From positions 147,870,001 to 147,934,000 of the forward strand of contig NC_083226.1 of the NCBI RefSeq assembly GCF_032191835.1: a DNA stretch of 64,000 bases. Direction: 5' to 3'. Numbering within the stretch: position 1 is the stretch's first letter; every line of letters starts with the position of its first letter. Source of the DNA: Heteronotia binoei (taxonomy: Eukaryota). Of this stretch, positions 11,668 to 23,225 are shown piece after piece. Below the pieces are notes generated by a model. That model was not told the origin of the DNA and did no database searches. It saw only the letters and a list, made by a program, of their open reading frames with translations. Position numbers and translations under genes: made by a program.

Positions 11668-13495
11668 AGTGGCATACACCCAAGAGTGCTTAAGGAACTC
11701 AGGTATGAGATAGTTGATCTAATAATCCATATATGTAACCTATCACTAAATTCAGTCACTGTAAACTCGATATTAGGGATAACTAGGAAAATAAAACAGC
11801 AAATATTGTAACACTCCTGTATGTTGTGGACAAAGGAGACCTGATAGATGTTGTTTGCCTTGACTTCCAGAAAACTTTTGATAAAGTTCCTCATCAAAGG
11901 CTCCTTAGAAAGCTTGAGAGTCATGGAGTAAAAGGACAGGTCCTCTTGTGGATCAAAAACTGGCTGAGTAATAGGAAGCAGAGAGTGAGTATAAATGGGC
12001 AGTCTTCGCAGTGGAGGACAGTAAGCAGTGGGGTGCCGCAGGGCTCGGTACTGGGTCCCATGCTCTTTAACTTGTTCATAAATGATTTAGAGTTGGGAGT
12101 GAGCTGTGAAGTGGCCAAGTTTGCGGATAACACTAAATTGTTCAGGGTAGTGAGAACCAGAGAGGATTGTGAGGAACTCCAAAGGGATCTGTTGAGGCTG
12201 GGTGAGCGGGCATCAACATGGCAGATGCGGTTCAATGTGGCCAAGTGCAAAGTAATGCACATTGGGGCCAAGAATCCCAGCTACAAATACAAGTTGATGG
12301 GGTGTGAACTGGCAGAGACTGACCAAGAGAGAGATCTTGGGGTCGTGGTAGATAACTCACTGAAAATGTCAAGACAGTGTGCGTTTGCAATAAAAAAGGC
12401 CAACGGCATGCTGGGAATTATTAGGAAGGGAATTGAAAACAAATCAGCCAGTATCATAATGCCCCTGTATAAATCGATGGTGCGGTCTCATTTGTAGTAC
12501 TGTGTGCAGTTCTGGTCACCGCACCTCAAAAAGGATATTATAGCATTGGAGAAAGTCCAGAAAAGGGCAACTAGAATGATTAAAGGGCTGGAACACTTTC
12601 CCTATGAAGAAAGGCTGAAACGCTTGGGACTCTTTATCTTGGAGAAACGTCGACTGCGGGGTGGCATGATAGAGGTTTACAAGATAATGCATGGGATGGA
12701 GAAAGTAGAGAAATAAGTCCTTTTCTCCCTTTCTCATAATACAAGAACTCGTGGGCATTCGATGAAATTGCTGAGCAGACAGGTTAAAACGGATAAAAAG
12801 AAGTACTTCTTCACCCAAAGGGTGATTAACATGTGGAATTTACTGCCACAGGAGGTGGTGGCAGCCACAAGAATAGCCACCTTCAAGAGGGGTTTAGATA
12901 AAAAATATGGAGCAGAGGTCCATCAGTGGCTATTAGCCACAGTGTGTGTGTGTGTGTATATATATAATTTTTTTTGGCCACTGTGTGACACAGAGTGTTG
13001 GACTGGATGGGCCATTGGCCTGATCCAACATGGCTTCTCTTATGTTCTTACCAGAAGACTGAAGAGGAACAAATTCTAAAGCAATTTTTTAAAAGGAATC
13101 CAGAGGGGAACCAGGAAATTACAGGTCAGTCAGCCTAACATCTGTCCCAGGCAAATTAGTAGAAATTGTAATCAAAGATAGAATTGTTGGGCACATAGAG
13201 GGACAAAACCTGCTGAGGGAAAGTTAGCATGGCTTCGGGAAAAGGAAAGGCTTGGTGATGACAAAGTGAAAAAACATATAGACAACAGTAACTTGGTAGA
13301 CATTATATAGCTGGACTTTCACAAGGCTTTTAACAAGACTTTTAACAAAAGGCTTTCACCAAAGAATTCTGAGTAAACTTAGCATTCATGGGATAAGAAG
13401 ATGGATTATCTTATGGAATAAAAACCCAATTAAATGACAGGAAGCAAAGAGTTGGAATAAATGAACAGTTCTCACAATGGAGGGAAGTAAGCTCT
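11668..13495 (+). mobile_element. Older CR1 RT segment (11668-11763 and 13051-13495), split by the young CR1
   Basis: GIHPRVLKELRYEIVDLIIHICNLSLNSVTV continues as PED..GNYRSVSLTSVPGKLVE after the young insert. Confidence 0.75.
11825..13050 (+). mobile_element. Young CR1 LINE, 5'-truncated (RT C-terminal half plus 3' UTR)
   Basis: DFQKTFDKVPH, GVPQGSVLGP, KFADNTKL motifs; CR1 tail cttatgttctta; located in intron 1 of paralog 1. Confidence 0.92.
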
Positions 13496-14510
13496 GCTTT
13501 CAGACTAACATGGGGCAGTTTGCTGCTCCATACCGCTTTTCGCTTTAAAGGGCTTTGCTTCACTTTCCCTTCCAAGATGTGCTGCAGCATCAGTGTGACT
13601 TGGTAGGGGGTGATTTTTTTTAAAAAAAAACTTCTGTAAGGAAGCAGCCAGTTGCTTCCCAGAGATGTGAGAGACTCATGAAAGAAGAATCTTTTTAATG
13701 TTTGAAAAGTCACATGTAGGCCTGACATTATGGATGCAATGTTCTGAGGCAGGTTCACTAAAATGAAGCACTTGGATACAGCATGCTACAATCAGAACTG
13801 AAAATTAAAAATGGCTGATGGAGAACTGCATGTCTCCAACATCTAAATACTGTAATTTGAGTGGAGAGAACATGTGGCATTCTAGCAAGAAATTCTGCAT
13901 TAGCTTAGCAGAAGACATCTGATTCTCATCCCTCTCTGCAAATGACTAAAAACTGCCTGATTGTCTTGCAGAAGAACAAGCCTATGGAAAAACAAGACAA
14001 GAAGCCTTATCTGCTTATATCCCTTCTGAGATTTCTTTAGGAAAGCAAAGCTATAGCAAACAATAATATTCCTTATGTTTCTCTACAGTGTCCCCTGCTT
14101 TGCATATATTTAGATAAAATACACACCCACATGCAGAGATGAATGCATAAACTTCCTCTAGTGCAACTCCAATATAGTGGTGTGACAGAGAGACTGCCCT
14201 GTAAAGACTACTTTACTATTATTTAATGTTTACACTGTTTTTAGCAGTTTCCCTGATGCTTTTTGATGTATTTTCAATCCTTCCTGTTGCTCTGCTTTAA
14301 ATTTGTCCCTGAAGAATTTATTGCTTTCATATTTTTATATTTGGCAACAGGTTTAAATCATTGTTCATCTATGAAAAAATACTGGGATGTCAGACCATGG
14401 ATGAGTCATTTCATTGTATCACATTGCACTCAACACAGTATTGTACTCCACACAGTAAAGCTGTGAAGTTCAATTGTGAGAAAAATATATTAATATAAAG
14501 CAACACTTAC

Positions 14511-14571
14511 CTCTCTGCATTGGGGAGAAAAGAATGGCAGCAAAGAATGACAACACAAACCAAAGGCCCAT
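14511..14571 (-). CDS. GZMA: Granzyme A-like paralog 1, exon 1 (signal peptide)
   Basis: gcagcaacaATG; MGLWFVLSFFAAILFSPMQR+G; 61 nt; phase-1 donor AG|gtaagt. Homologous to exon 1 of paralogs 2 and 3. Confidence 0.9.
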
Positions 14572-14725
14572 TGTTGCTGCTTTGTGTTCACTCTAGTGAA
14601 ATATCTCCTATATATGGGGAATACAGAGGAAGTGGTCTTTGGTTTCACCTCTTTAGGGGCATCGTTTCCGCATGAAACAGCCACAAACTGTTCTCTGGGC
14701 TTTCTGGAAAGAGGTATCATTTCTG
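14572..14725 (-). promoter_or_regulatory. Proximal promoter of paralog 1
   Basis: Minus strand GACCACTTCCTC (RUNX-like ACCAC overlapping ETS ACTTCC), then catatatag (TATA-like) about 45 nt upstream of the ATG. Alignable with the promoters of paralogs 2 and 3. Confidence 0.65.
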
Positions 14726-15143
14726 ATCAGAGTGTCATATAATTAACCCAACCAAACAAGTAAGAGGAAGGGAAGAGAAAGAAAGAGACCTGACTTGCAT
14801 TCTCAAGGTTGAATCTGCGTCACTTTCTGCATGGTTTGATAAAAGTAACACTATTTGTTGCAACATTTGAGACTACAGTTCTTGGTGTCTCATCACCTAA
14901 GGCAGTGCAGAGAAAGGCACCAACAAAGTGCAGGAAGAAAGTAAGGTCTATAGGATGCTCCATGTCCAAAAAAACCCAATTCTGCAACTCTCAAGCATCA
15001 ATCTTTCCCCTTCATATTGATCTCAGAGAACAATCTTGTTCAATTGTGCCTTTGTAAAAAAATCATACAAAATAGCCAAGGCATTTATTGTCTATCTGAT
15101 TGTTTTTCATGTGAAATTTTGTGGAGAAGTAGATGCTAACAAA

Positions 15144-15443
15144 GGAGCCCTGTAGCTCAGAGTCGTAAAGCTGCAGTACTGCAGTCTGAGCTCTCTGCTC
15201 ACGACCCGAGTTCAATCCCAGTGGAAGCTGGGTTAAGGTAGCTGGCTCAAGGTTGTCTCAGCCTTCCATCCTTCCAAGGTCAGTAAAAGGAGTACCCAGC
15301 TTGCTGGTGGGAAAGTGTAGATGACTGGGGAAGGTTACGGCAAACCACCCTGTAAAAAAGTCTGCCTTGAAAATGTCATGATGCGACGTCACCCCAAAGT
15401 CGGAAATGACTGGTGCTTGCACAGGGGACTACCTTTACCTTTT
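15144..15443 (+). mobile_element. Sauria SINE
   Basis: tRNA head, ggcaaaccacc body, (ACCTTT)n tail, TSD TAGATGCTAACA. Confidence 0.85.
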
Positions 15444-16879
15444 AGATGCTAACAGTCCTGGCCTGGATCGTCCAGGCTGCCCAATCTCATCAGATATTGG
15501 AAACTAAACAGGGTCAGCCCTGCCTAGTATTTGGAAGGGAGATTACCAATGAATACCAGGATTGCTATGTGGAGGCAGGCAATGGCAAGCCTCCTCTGGA
15601 ATGTCTCTTGCCTTCGAAATTCTAAGGGGTTGCCAGAAGTCAGCTGTGATTGGACAGCAAAAAAAAAAAAATGGTAATGGAAGCTCAAAGTTCCCTGTAA
15701 CTTTGACTGGAAAAAAAGCTAATTGGCTGCAGGTTTGATTTTCTGATTACTACAATCTATCTTCCATTTTTTCCTAAAAAAGGGGGAGTCTTAGCCACAG
15801 GATATCTAGAACAGCTGCCCTGGCCTTGGGCTCAGCAGGCCCCTTATCACACAATCTTCCTGCATTGAAGGGGAAAGCAGCCTCTGGGCAAGCTGCACCC
15901 ACCTAATCTTCTGAGGCTCAGGCAGCATTGGCCAGCTCAGTTGCTCCCTTGGGAGCTCATAGAAGCTGGCTGGTTTGGCAGCCTTTTACCCCCAGGGCAG
16001 ATGCAATCTGTTACCCCCAGGGCAGATGCATCCACCTGCCCCACTCAGTGGCTCAGTCAGTGTCTGGCCAACTTGGTGGCATCATACATGTGTTTGCACC
16101 TTCATGGGTTCAGGCAGTGGCCGGCTCATGTGCCTGATCACCTTCCTTGAGGCTGGGATGGCCCAGGCTTGCCAAGCTCCAACTGGGGCCTGGAGGTCTC
16201 CAGGAATTCCAGCTGATCTCCAGCCAACAAAGATCAGCTCCCCTGGAGAAAATGGCAGCTTTGTCTGGTGGACTCTATGGCATTATACCCTGCTAGGGTC
16301 CCTCCCCAAAACCTGCCCTTCCCAGACTCCACCCTCTCCAGGAATTTCCCAATGCAGAGTTGGCAACCCTACCAGGTATGGTGGGTAGGGTGGGCCTAGA
16401 TGTGTATGGGGTGGTGGCAATGATTCTGAGCCCCATTCTGGACATTTGTCCAGATCCCCAGAATCACTAAGACTTCCCTTGTACTGGAATTCAAATAGAA
16501 TAATTTCTCAGTCAGCTTGAAGCTGGGTTTATAGTTGTCACAACTTAATCTTTTTGAAGTTAATCTGTTCACAGTAAGTTAAATGCACCTACATGAATAT
16601 TTTATGTGAGATGTGCTTCTATTTTTGTCACTAAAATTTCTCTTGTTGCCATTGGAGTCAGGTCATCTTTGTAATTTGTTTGAACAGCGTTTTCCCTTTA
16701 GAAATTACAAACCAGAGACAGAAAATAATTGAACTTTAGAAGACATTAGGGCTGCGATCACACATGCTAAATAATGCTATTTCAATCCACTTACAAATTG
16801 GATTTTGCCAGCTCACACAGTAAAATCCAGTGTTGGAAAGTACACTAAAAGTGGGTGGAAACTACATTGTTTAACATGT

Positions 16880-17800
16880 GTGATCTCAGCCTACGTCTAG
16901 AAAATGCCAATACAATGGTAACACCTATGGAAACTGAGCTTCTTAAGAACGCCAAAATAAGTGAGCTTTTACCTAAAGACAATCAGTATAGAAACGCCAT
17001 AGGAAAACTTCTATACCTAAGCACCACTAGTAGACCCGATATTGCAGCCACTGTTGGGACCCTTAACATATGAACATATGAAGCTGCCTTATACTGAATC
17101 AGACCTTTGGTCCATCAAAGTCAGTATTGTCTTCTCAGACTGGCAGCGGCTCTCCAGGGTCTCAAGCTGAGGTTTTTCACACCTATTTGCCTGGACCCTT
17201 TTTTTGGAGATGTCAGGGATTGAACCTGGGACCTTCTGCTTCCCAAGCAGATGCTCTACCACTGAGCCACCGTCCCTCCCCTAAACAGAAAACAAGTGTA
17301 CCTAGCAAGAAAGAGTGGGCTGCAATAAAAAGGGTGGCTAGATATCTAAAAGGAACTTTAGTTATGAAACCAAAATTGCCATCCACCAGTAAAGCAAAAT
17401 TAGTTTGTGACATGGATGCAGCAGATTGGGCAGGAGACAGCTTAGACTATAAATCCACAAGTGGGTACTTGTTCCTATATGGAGGTGGACAAATCTCCTG
17501 GACCAGTAGAAAGCAAACTATAGTAAGTTTGCCTTCCACAGTCTGAATATATAGCTTCTGCTGAAGCATACAGAGAACGGTTGTGGGTAGACCAGTTCAA
17601 GTTAAAGAAGAAAACTAGAGCTGCATTAAGATTTCTCAATCAGAAAAAAATGGCTGTATGCACTAAGCATATTGCTGTGAAGTTTCACTTAGTGTGTGAC
17701 CTAACTGAGAAGAGCATAATAGAGATGCAGTAGAAGAGATGGTGGTCACCTTCTTGACCAAGTTTCTGTGAAGAGACAGATTTGAAAAACTATAAGATAA
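16880..17800 (+). mobile_element. Ty1/copia RT-RNase H relic, interrupted by a SINE
   Basis: YRNAIGKLLYLSTTSRPDIA; ADWAGD..KSTSGYLF..GGQISWTSRKQ; TKHIAVKFHLV. Confidence 0.88.
17066..17282 (-). mobile_element. tRNA(Ala)-derived SINE inserted in the copia relic
   Basis: Same family; it interrupts the RT reading frame. Confidence 0.85.
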
Positions 17801-18224
17801 ACTGAAACTTGAGAACTCTTGCATGCTATGTTAAGAAGGCATATTGAATATTGTAACTGGTTACAAGAGGATATGGGAGGGAAAAAGTTAAGAAAATTCT
17901 CTCTTACTACGGTATACTTGGCAGCTGGTCCCACTCTCTCACTGGTTAGATGTTGAGCTATCTTTGGGTGTTGCTTGTCTTCTATTTTTATCTTATATGG
18001 AACCTCTCTTCTCTCTCTTTCCTATGCTTGGAGCTGTAGTTCTGAAAGAACAGCTTTGAGAGAACTTGTGACTGACCCAAGGTCACCCAGCTGCTGCATG
18101 TGAAGGAATGGGGAATCAGATCCAGTTCTCTAGATTAGAGTCTGCTGCTTTTAACCACTACACCAAACTGACTCTCAGAACTGTATCAGAACTGTAATCA
18201 GAAACTGTAATCACCAAAGTATAA

Positions 18225-18369
18225 TCAGAAAGGACATCTGTTTCCAGAAGGCCCAGAGACCTCATTGTTTCACACTAAAATAACACCCCTAAGAAATGAC
18301 AACCACTTCCTCTGTATTCCCCACATATATAATTGATAATTTACTTAGGGGGAACACAAAGCAGCAACA
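18225..18369 (+). promoter_or_regulatory. Proximal promoter of paralog 2
   Basis: AACCACTTCCTC (RUNX-like/ETS composite), TATATAA at about 18325, T-box-like TTTCACACTA at about 18267. Confidence 0.65.
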
Positions 18370-18430
18370 ATGGACCTTTGGCTTGTCTTGTCCTTCTCCT
18401 CAGCCATTATTTTCCTCAGAATGCACAGAG
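18370..18430 (+). CDS. GZMA: Granzyme A-like paralog 2, exon 1 (signal peptide)
   Basis: gcagcaacaATG; MDLWLVLSFSSAIIFLRMHR+G|gtaagt; 61 nt. Confidence 0.9.
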
Positions 18431-19971
18431 GTAAGTGTCACATTATGTTAACTGACTTTTCTCACTGTTGAGCTCTGTGGTATTAGTGTGCCGAGTACAA
18501 TGTGATATGATGACTCACCAACTATCTGAACATCCAGTTGGTTTCATAAACTAACAGTGATTTAGACCTGTTGTCAAACTACAATAATCTATTCACTGTG
18601 GTGCATTGTCTTTTGTACATAGGCATGTGTGTTGTGCTCATGTGTGCATTATGAGGTTTACACAGAACTATATAATGAATTTACTGGACAACCTAAGCTA
18701 TCTCATGTTATTATATTGGCCTTTAGCCATCACATGTGTACACCTCCCCCTCCTTCCTCCAAAGGGCTCAGGGTAGCAGACATGGAGTTATCACTTTCCA
18801 TTCTCACAAAAAATCTGCAAGGTATGTTAGGCTCAGAGGTAGTTACTGGCTTCCAGAGATGCAGAAGCAGCACAAATGGTAAAACTGCAAAAAAAAAGTT
18901 GAAATATTTTTAAAGCACAACATTTTTAGCTTAGCACAGATACTATCACACACATAAATGTATGTAAATGTTGCACTGGAGGAGATTTTCAGGGCATACC
19001 TAACCAGAGTTACATTTTTCTAGATATATGGAAGTCAATGAGCTTAGTAGGATGAAATTCTTCTTAGGATTGCACTGTTCCCCAGTCAGCTATGTGTGTG
19101 TATTTTATCTAAATATTTGCACTTCACTCCAAGCACCTGCAGTGTAGAAATGTACTACACTGTAAGGTGAATATTGAATTTGCACCATGTGATTGCTCAG
19201 AGGCATATCTAAATGTGCATAGTCAGAAGTTGCTGGATTAGTTTTTCTCCTAAATTTCCTTCTGTAGAGTTAGCAGAATCCCAATTGATATAGTATCAAC
19301 AGAGGTATAGTGTCCAGATCATGCAAAGTGATGGTATTGCTCTACTCTGCTCTGATGATACCTCACCTAGAGTATTGGAAACCACAATAAAAGAAGGGTA
19401 TAGACAAGAATGAACATGTCCAGAGGAGGGCAATGAAGATGGTGAGGGTTCTAGAGACCAAGTCCTATGAGGAAAGGTTGAAGGAACTGGGTATGTTTAG
19501 CCTGAAGAGGAGACAAATGAGGGGTGATTTGCTCACCATCTTCAAGTCCTTGAAGGATGGTGCAGCTTTGTTTTCTGTTGCCCTAAAACAGTGGTGGCGA
19601 ACCTATGGCATGGGTGCCAGAGGAGGCACTCGGAGCCCTCTCTGTGGGCACGCACACTCCCTCGCCCGCCCCCCCCCCGTGCACAAGGCTCTGGAGTCAT
19701 ATCTCATTGAAGCTCCTCCTCTCCCCAAACTCAGGCTCCTTCCCCCAAATCTCCAGGTATTTCCCTGCCCAAACCTGGCAACCCTAACTGGGCCTCCTTC
19801 AGAGAGACAACAGGGCACTCTAACCTTTTTGAGCTCGTGGGCACCTTTGGAATTCTGACATGGGGGGGTGAGTGCAGCCACAATGCAGCCCCCAAGCACA
19901 ACATACAGAGGAAAATTCCTTTCAGGAGTTCCTGCAGTTTTAGGGAGGGGGTTAGATGGGGCCCACTAGGG

Positions 19972-20246
19972 CAGGGGTGGCCAAACTTGCTTGACATAAG
20001 AGCCACATAGAATACATGTCAGATGTGTGAGAGACACGAACGTCAGATGTCTGAGAGGAAGGAAGGAAAATAGGTGGGGAAGGGGAGAGAGAGGTGTAAA
20101 GAAAGCAACTTGAACTTTAAACGCATTCTCCAAGCTACTGGCTGGCTTGGCTTGAATAAGTGGTTTAAAGAGACAAATCCCTTCTCTGATAGGAGCTTCA
20201 AGAGCCACACGATGTGTGTGAAAGAGCCACAGTTTGGCCACCCCTG
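19972..20246. mobile_element. hAT MITE
   Basis: TIR CAGGGGTGGCCAAACT at both ends; 8-bp flanks CACTAGGG / CTCTAGAG. Confidence 0.7.
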
Positions 20247-20454
20247 CTCTAGAGAGATGGGTATAAGGCAGCTTCACGTTTTCATGTGGCCCAGACCTGG
20301 TTGCATTTCATATTTCAAATCTGTTGTGGCACGGTCCAAGCCGAAGGGAAGAAGAGCATGGGTGTATGGGAATTGGGGGAGGGGGGAGATCAGGATCTTG
20401 AATCAAGCACATTTTTTGAAGGGATATGGGTTTATTACAGGAAATGTTGAATCC

Positions 20455-20930
20455 CACTAATCTAGCAGAAACAGTGGCCAGGATCGCCTCTGGTTTAGGC
20501 GTGGAAAGGGAGGAACTGCAGGCTTCCTTGCTTTCAAATATGATGCTTCTGTTAGCAGTATCTGAGCAGATCTCTTCCAAGCTACATGGACCATAAGACA
20601 AATTGTTGATAAGCTGTTTTTGAACTGTTGCACTGCTGTTCTGGTTATCCAGAGCATCCCTGACAAATCTTTGTCCAGCTGCTGCTTAAAGACTGCCAGT
20701 GAGGGGGTTGATTGCACTGTTGAACAACTCTTACTGTTAAAAAGTTTTCCTATGCCAGTCCTCTCCTCTGCTGCCAGCAGGAACAGCTCCCTGCCCTCCT
20801 CAAAGTGGCAGCCCTTCTAATACTTCAAAAGAGCAGTCATGTCTCCCCCCTCAACCTCCTCTTCTCCAGACTGAATATCCCCAAATCCCTTAGTCTTTCC
20901 TCATTGGACTTGCTCTCCATGGTTACTCGA
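20455..20930 (-). mobile_element. CR1 3' fragment
   Basis: Minus-strand ..TPSLAVFKQQLDKDLSGM.., typical of the CR1 RT end and 3' UTR. Confidence 0.6.
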
Positions 20931-21309
20931 AAGAAATCTTCAGTGAGCACTGTGGCACCTACTCTCTACACATGCACAGAATTGCAGTTTTAGTTTAAAG
21001 AAAGAAGAAGATATTGGATTTATATCCCGCCCTTCACTCTGAATCTCGGTCTCAGAGCAGCTCACAATCTCCTTTATCTTCCACAACAGACACCCCGTGA
21101 GGTAGGTGGGGCTCTTCCAGAAGCTGACCTTCAAGGACAGCTCTGTGATAGCTATGGCTGACCCAAGGCCATTCCAGCAGCTGAAAGTGGAGGAGTGAGG
21201 AATCAAACCCGGTTCTCCCAGATAAGAGTCCACACACTTAACCCCTACACCAAACTGGCCCTCCTTTCTCACATCAGACTTTCTAACTAATACAATTCAG
21301 ACTATCCCT

Positions 21310-21500
21310 GAAGCTTCCAAGGGTAGCTGCTGGTCCATAGTAGAACAACTAGATTCGAGTCCAGGAGCATCTTAGAGACCAACAAGATTTAGGGGAGGGG
21401 GCACAAACTTGCCAGCATTAGAGCTCCCTCAATTAGATAAAAGGAGCTTTGACTCTCAAAAATCTTGTTCTCTAAGGTGCTGCTGGACTCAGATAAATCA
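21310..21500. mobile_element. Penelope-like short relic (similar relics at about 3630-3720, 41230-41310 and 50060-50150)
   Basis: tagattcgagtccag..cttagagaccaacaagat motif with its inverted partner. The copy at 50060 has a TTGAGGAA-GTGTGC-TT-GCACA-AGAAAGC hammerhead-like core. Confidence 0.45.
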
Positions 21501-22869
21501 GTGGACTCTTTTCATTAACTTAATTTATTCTAACATCATGTGTCCCCTGCCTTCCTCCCTCAAAAGGACACTGAAGTGGTTTGACACACTCTCCCCTTCT
21601 CTTTTATCCTCACAACGAACCTATGAGGCGGGTTAACTCAGAGTATATTACCGGTCCAAGATTTCCCAGGAAGCTGCCAGGGCAGTGTGGGCATATGAAT
21701 CAGGACCTCCCAGATCTGATTTGGACATCCTAACCACCAGCTCCTACTAAACACACTATATTTTAATGTATTCTTTTTTCCTAATGGCAAACTAGAATGA
21801 TGTTTATAATGTATGTTATATGTTCAAAAGTAAATTAGGTGGACAGGAACACCTCTGGGAAAGGCATGTTCTCAGTTTAACCCAGACCTGCAAGCAATGA
21901 ACAGCCTCTATTTATTGCTTATGACACTCTCACCATCATTCTCCCATTCTGACATGTTACTATTTTGTTGGTTTCCTAAGCAAATGCTATCCAAACCAAA
22001 TGTTCTTTCAGTTTGTTAATTTCACTAGGAGTTGTTTTCTAAACTAAAACTTCAGTATTCAGGTTAAATTGCCCTGTTGGCACTTAGCGGTAAATAAGTG
22101 GGTTTTGGGTTGCAGTTTGGGCACTCGGTCTCTAAAAGGTTCACCATCACTGCCCTAGAAGGTCAGACCAGAACCAACAGGTTGAAATTAAATCAGAAGA
22201 GTTTTTGACTAAACATTAGGAAGAACTTTCTGAAAGAACAGTTCCTCAGTGGAACAGGCTTCCTCAGGAGATGGTGGGCTCTCCTTCTTTGGAGGTTTTT
22301 AAACAGAGGGTAGATGGCCATCTGACAGCAATGTTGAATCTGTGAATTTAGGCAGATCATGAGAAGGAGGGCAGAAAGGGTTGCATCAGTGCTTAGTTGT
22401 TGTGACCCTTTCTTACACGCCCAGGAAAATGCTGATCACCACTTTGGGGTCAGGAAGCAATTTTTCTCCAGGCCAGTTTGGCCAGGGATCCTGGAATTCT
22501 TTTGCCATCTTCTGGGCATGGAGTGGGGGTCACTGTGCGTGTGTGTGGGGGGGAGATATTTGTGAGTTTCCTGCAGGGGGTTGGACTAGATGACCTCGGA
22601 GGTCCCTTTCAACTCTATGATTCTATATGTTGAAAATAGCACATATTCTGCCTGTTGAAAAATAGCACGTATTCTGAAGAGGTAGCACAAATTTTCTAGG
22701 ATCTTTAGCTGGTGATTTTTCAGTAGGTAAAGGTGGGAACTAGTTAGTAACAAACAAGTTATTCAAAGTCCCCCCCCCCCCCGCCCATTTCCTTGGTGAT
22801 TCCATGGGGAATGGTTGTAGTTAGCATATCAGCACCGGCAGACTATGCCTTCAAACTGAGGCCAGAATC

Positions 22870-23225
22870 TGGTTGCCCCTCCAGATTATGATTTTTTTTC
22901 CTTCAGGGGGATTGCAACCATCTCCTGTACAGGCTGATTCCTTGGTTCTTGAGCTGCTTTGTCGTTCAGTCAACAGTACCTCAGTGTAGTCTGTACTGAA
23001 CTTCAGTTTATTGGCCCTCATCCATACATACCATTACCTCTTCAAGCTTCTATACATGACTTCCCAAGATCCACCTGACTGAACTGTTAAGGAGAAACAG
23101 AGCTGGATGTCATCCACAAATTGGTGGCACTTCACTCCAAATCCCTTGAGAATCTCTCCCATCAGTTTCATATAGATGTTAAACAGCACAGGGGACATGA
23201 TGAATCCCTGTGGTCCCCTCCCTGG
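22870..23225 (-). mobile_element. L2/CR1-group RT fragment
   Basis: Minus strand ..PQG.IMSPVLFNIYMK..CHQFVDDIQL (RT core). Confidence 0.65.

Larger units (their letters stand above)
19589..22152. mobile_element. Non-autonomous hAT (Charlie-type) element carrying nested insertions
   Basis: TIRs CAGTGGTGGCGAACCT / AGGTTCACCATCACTG; 8-bp TSD CCCTAAAA / CCCTAGAA. Confidence 0.8.
19290..22625 (+). mobile_element. CR1 of a second subfamily (19290-19580 and 22161-22625), split by a hAT element
   Basis: YEERLKELGMFSLKRRQMRGDL; continues after the insert and ends in the CR1 tail tctatgattctat. Confidence 0.75.
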
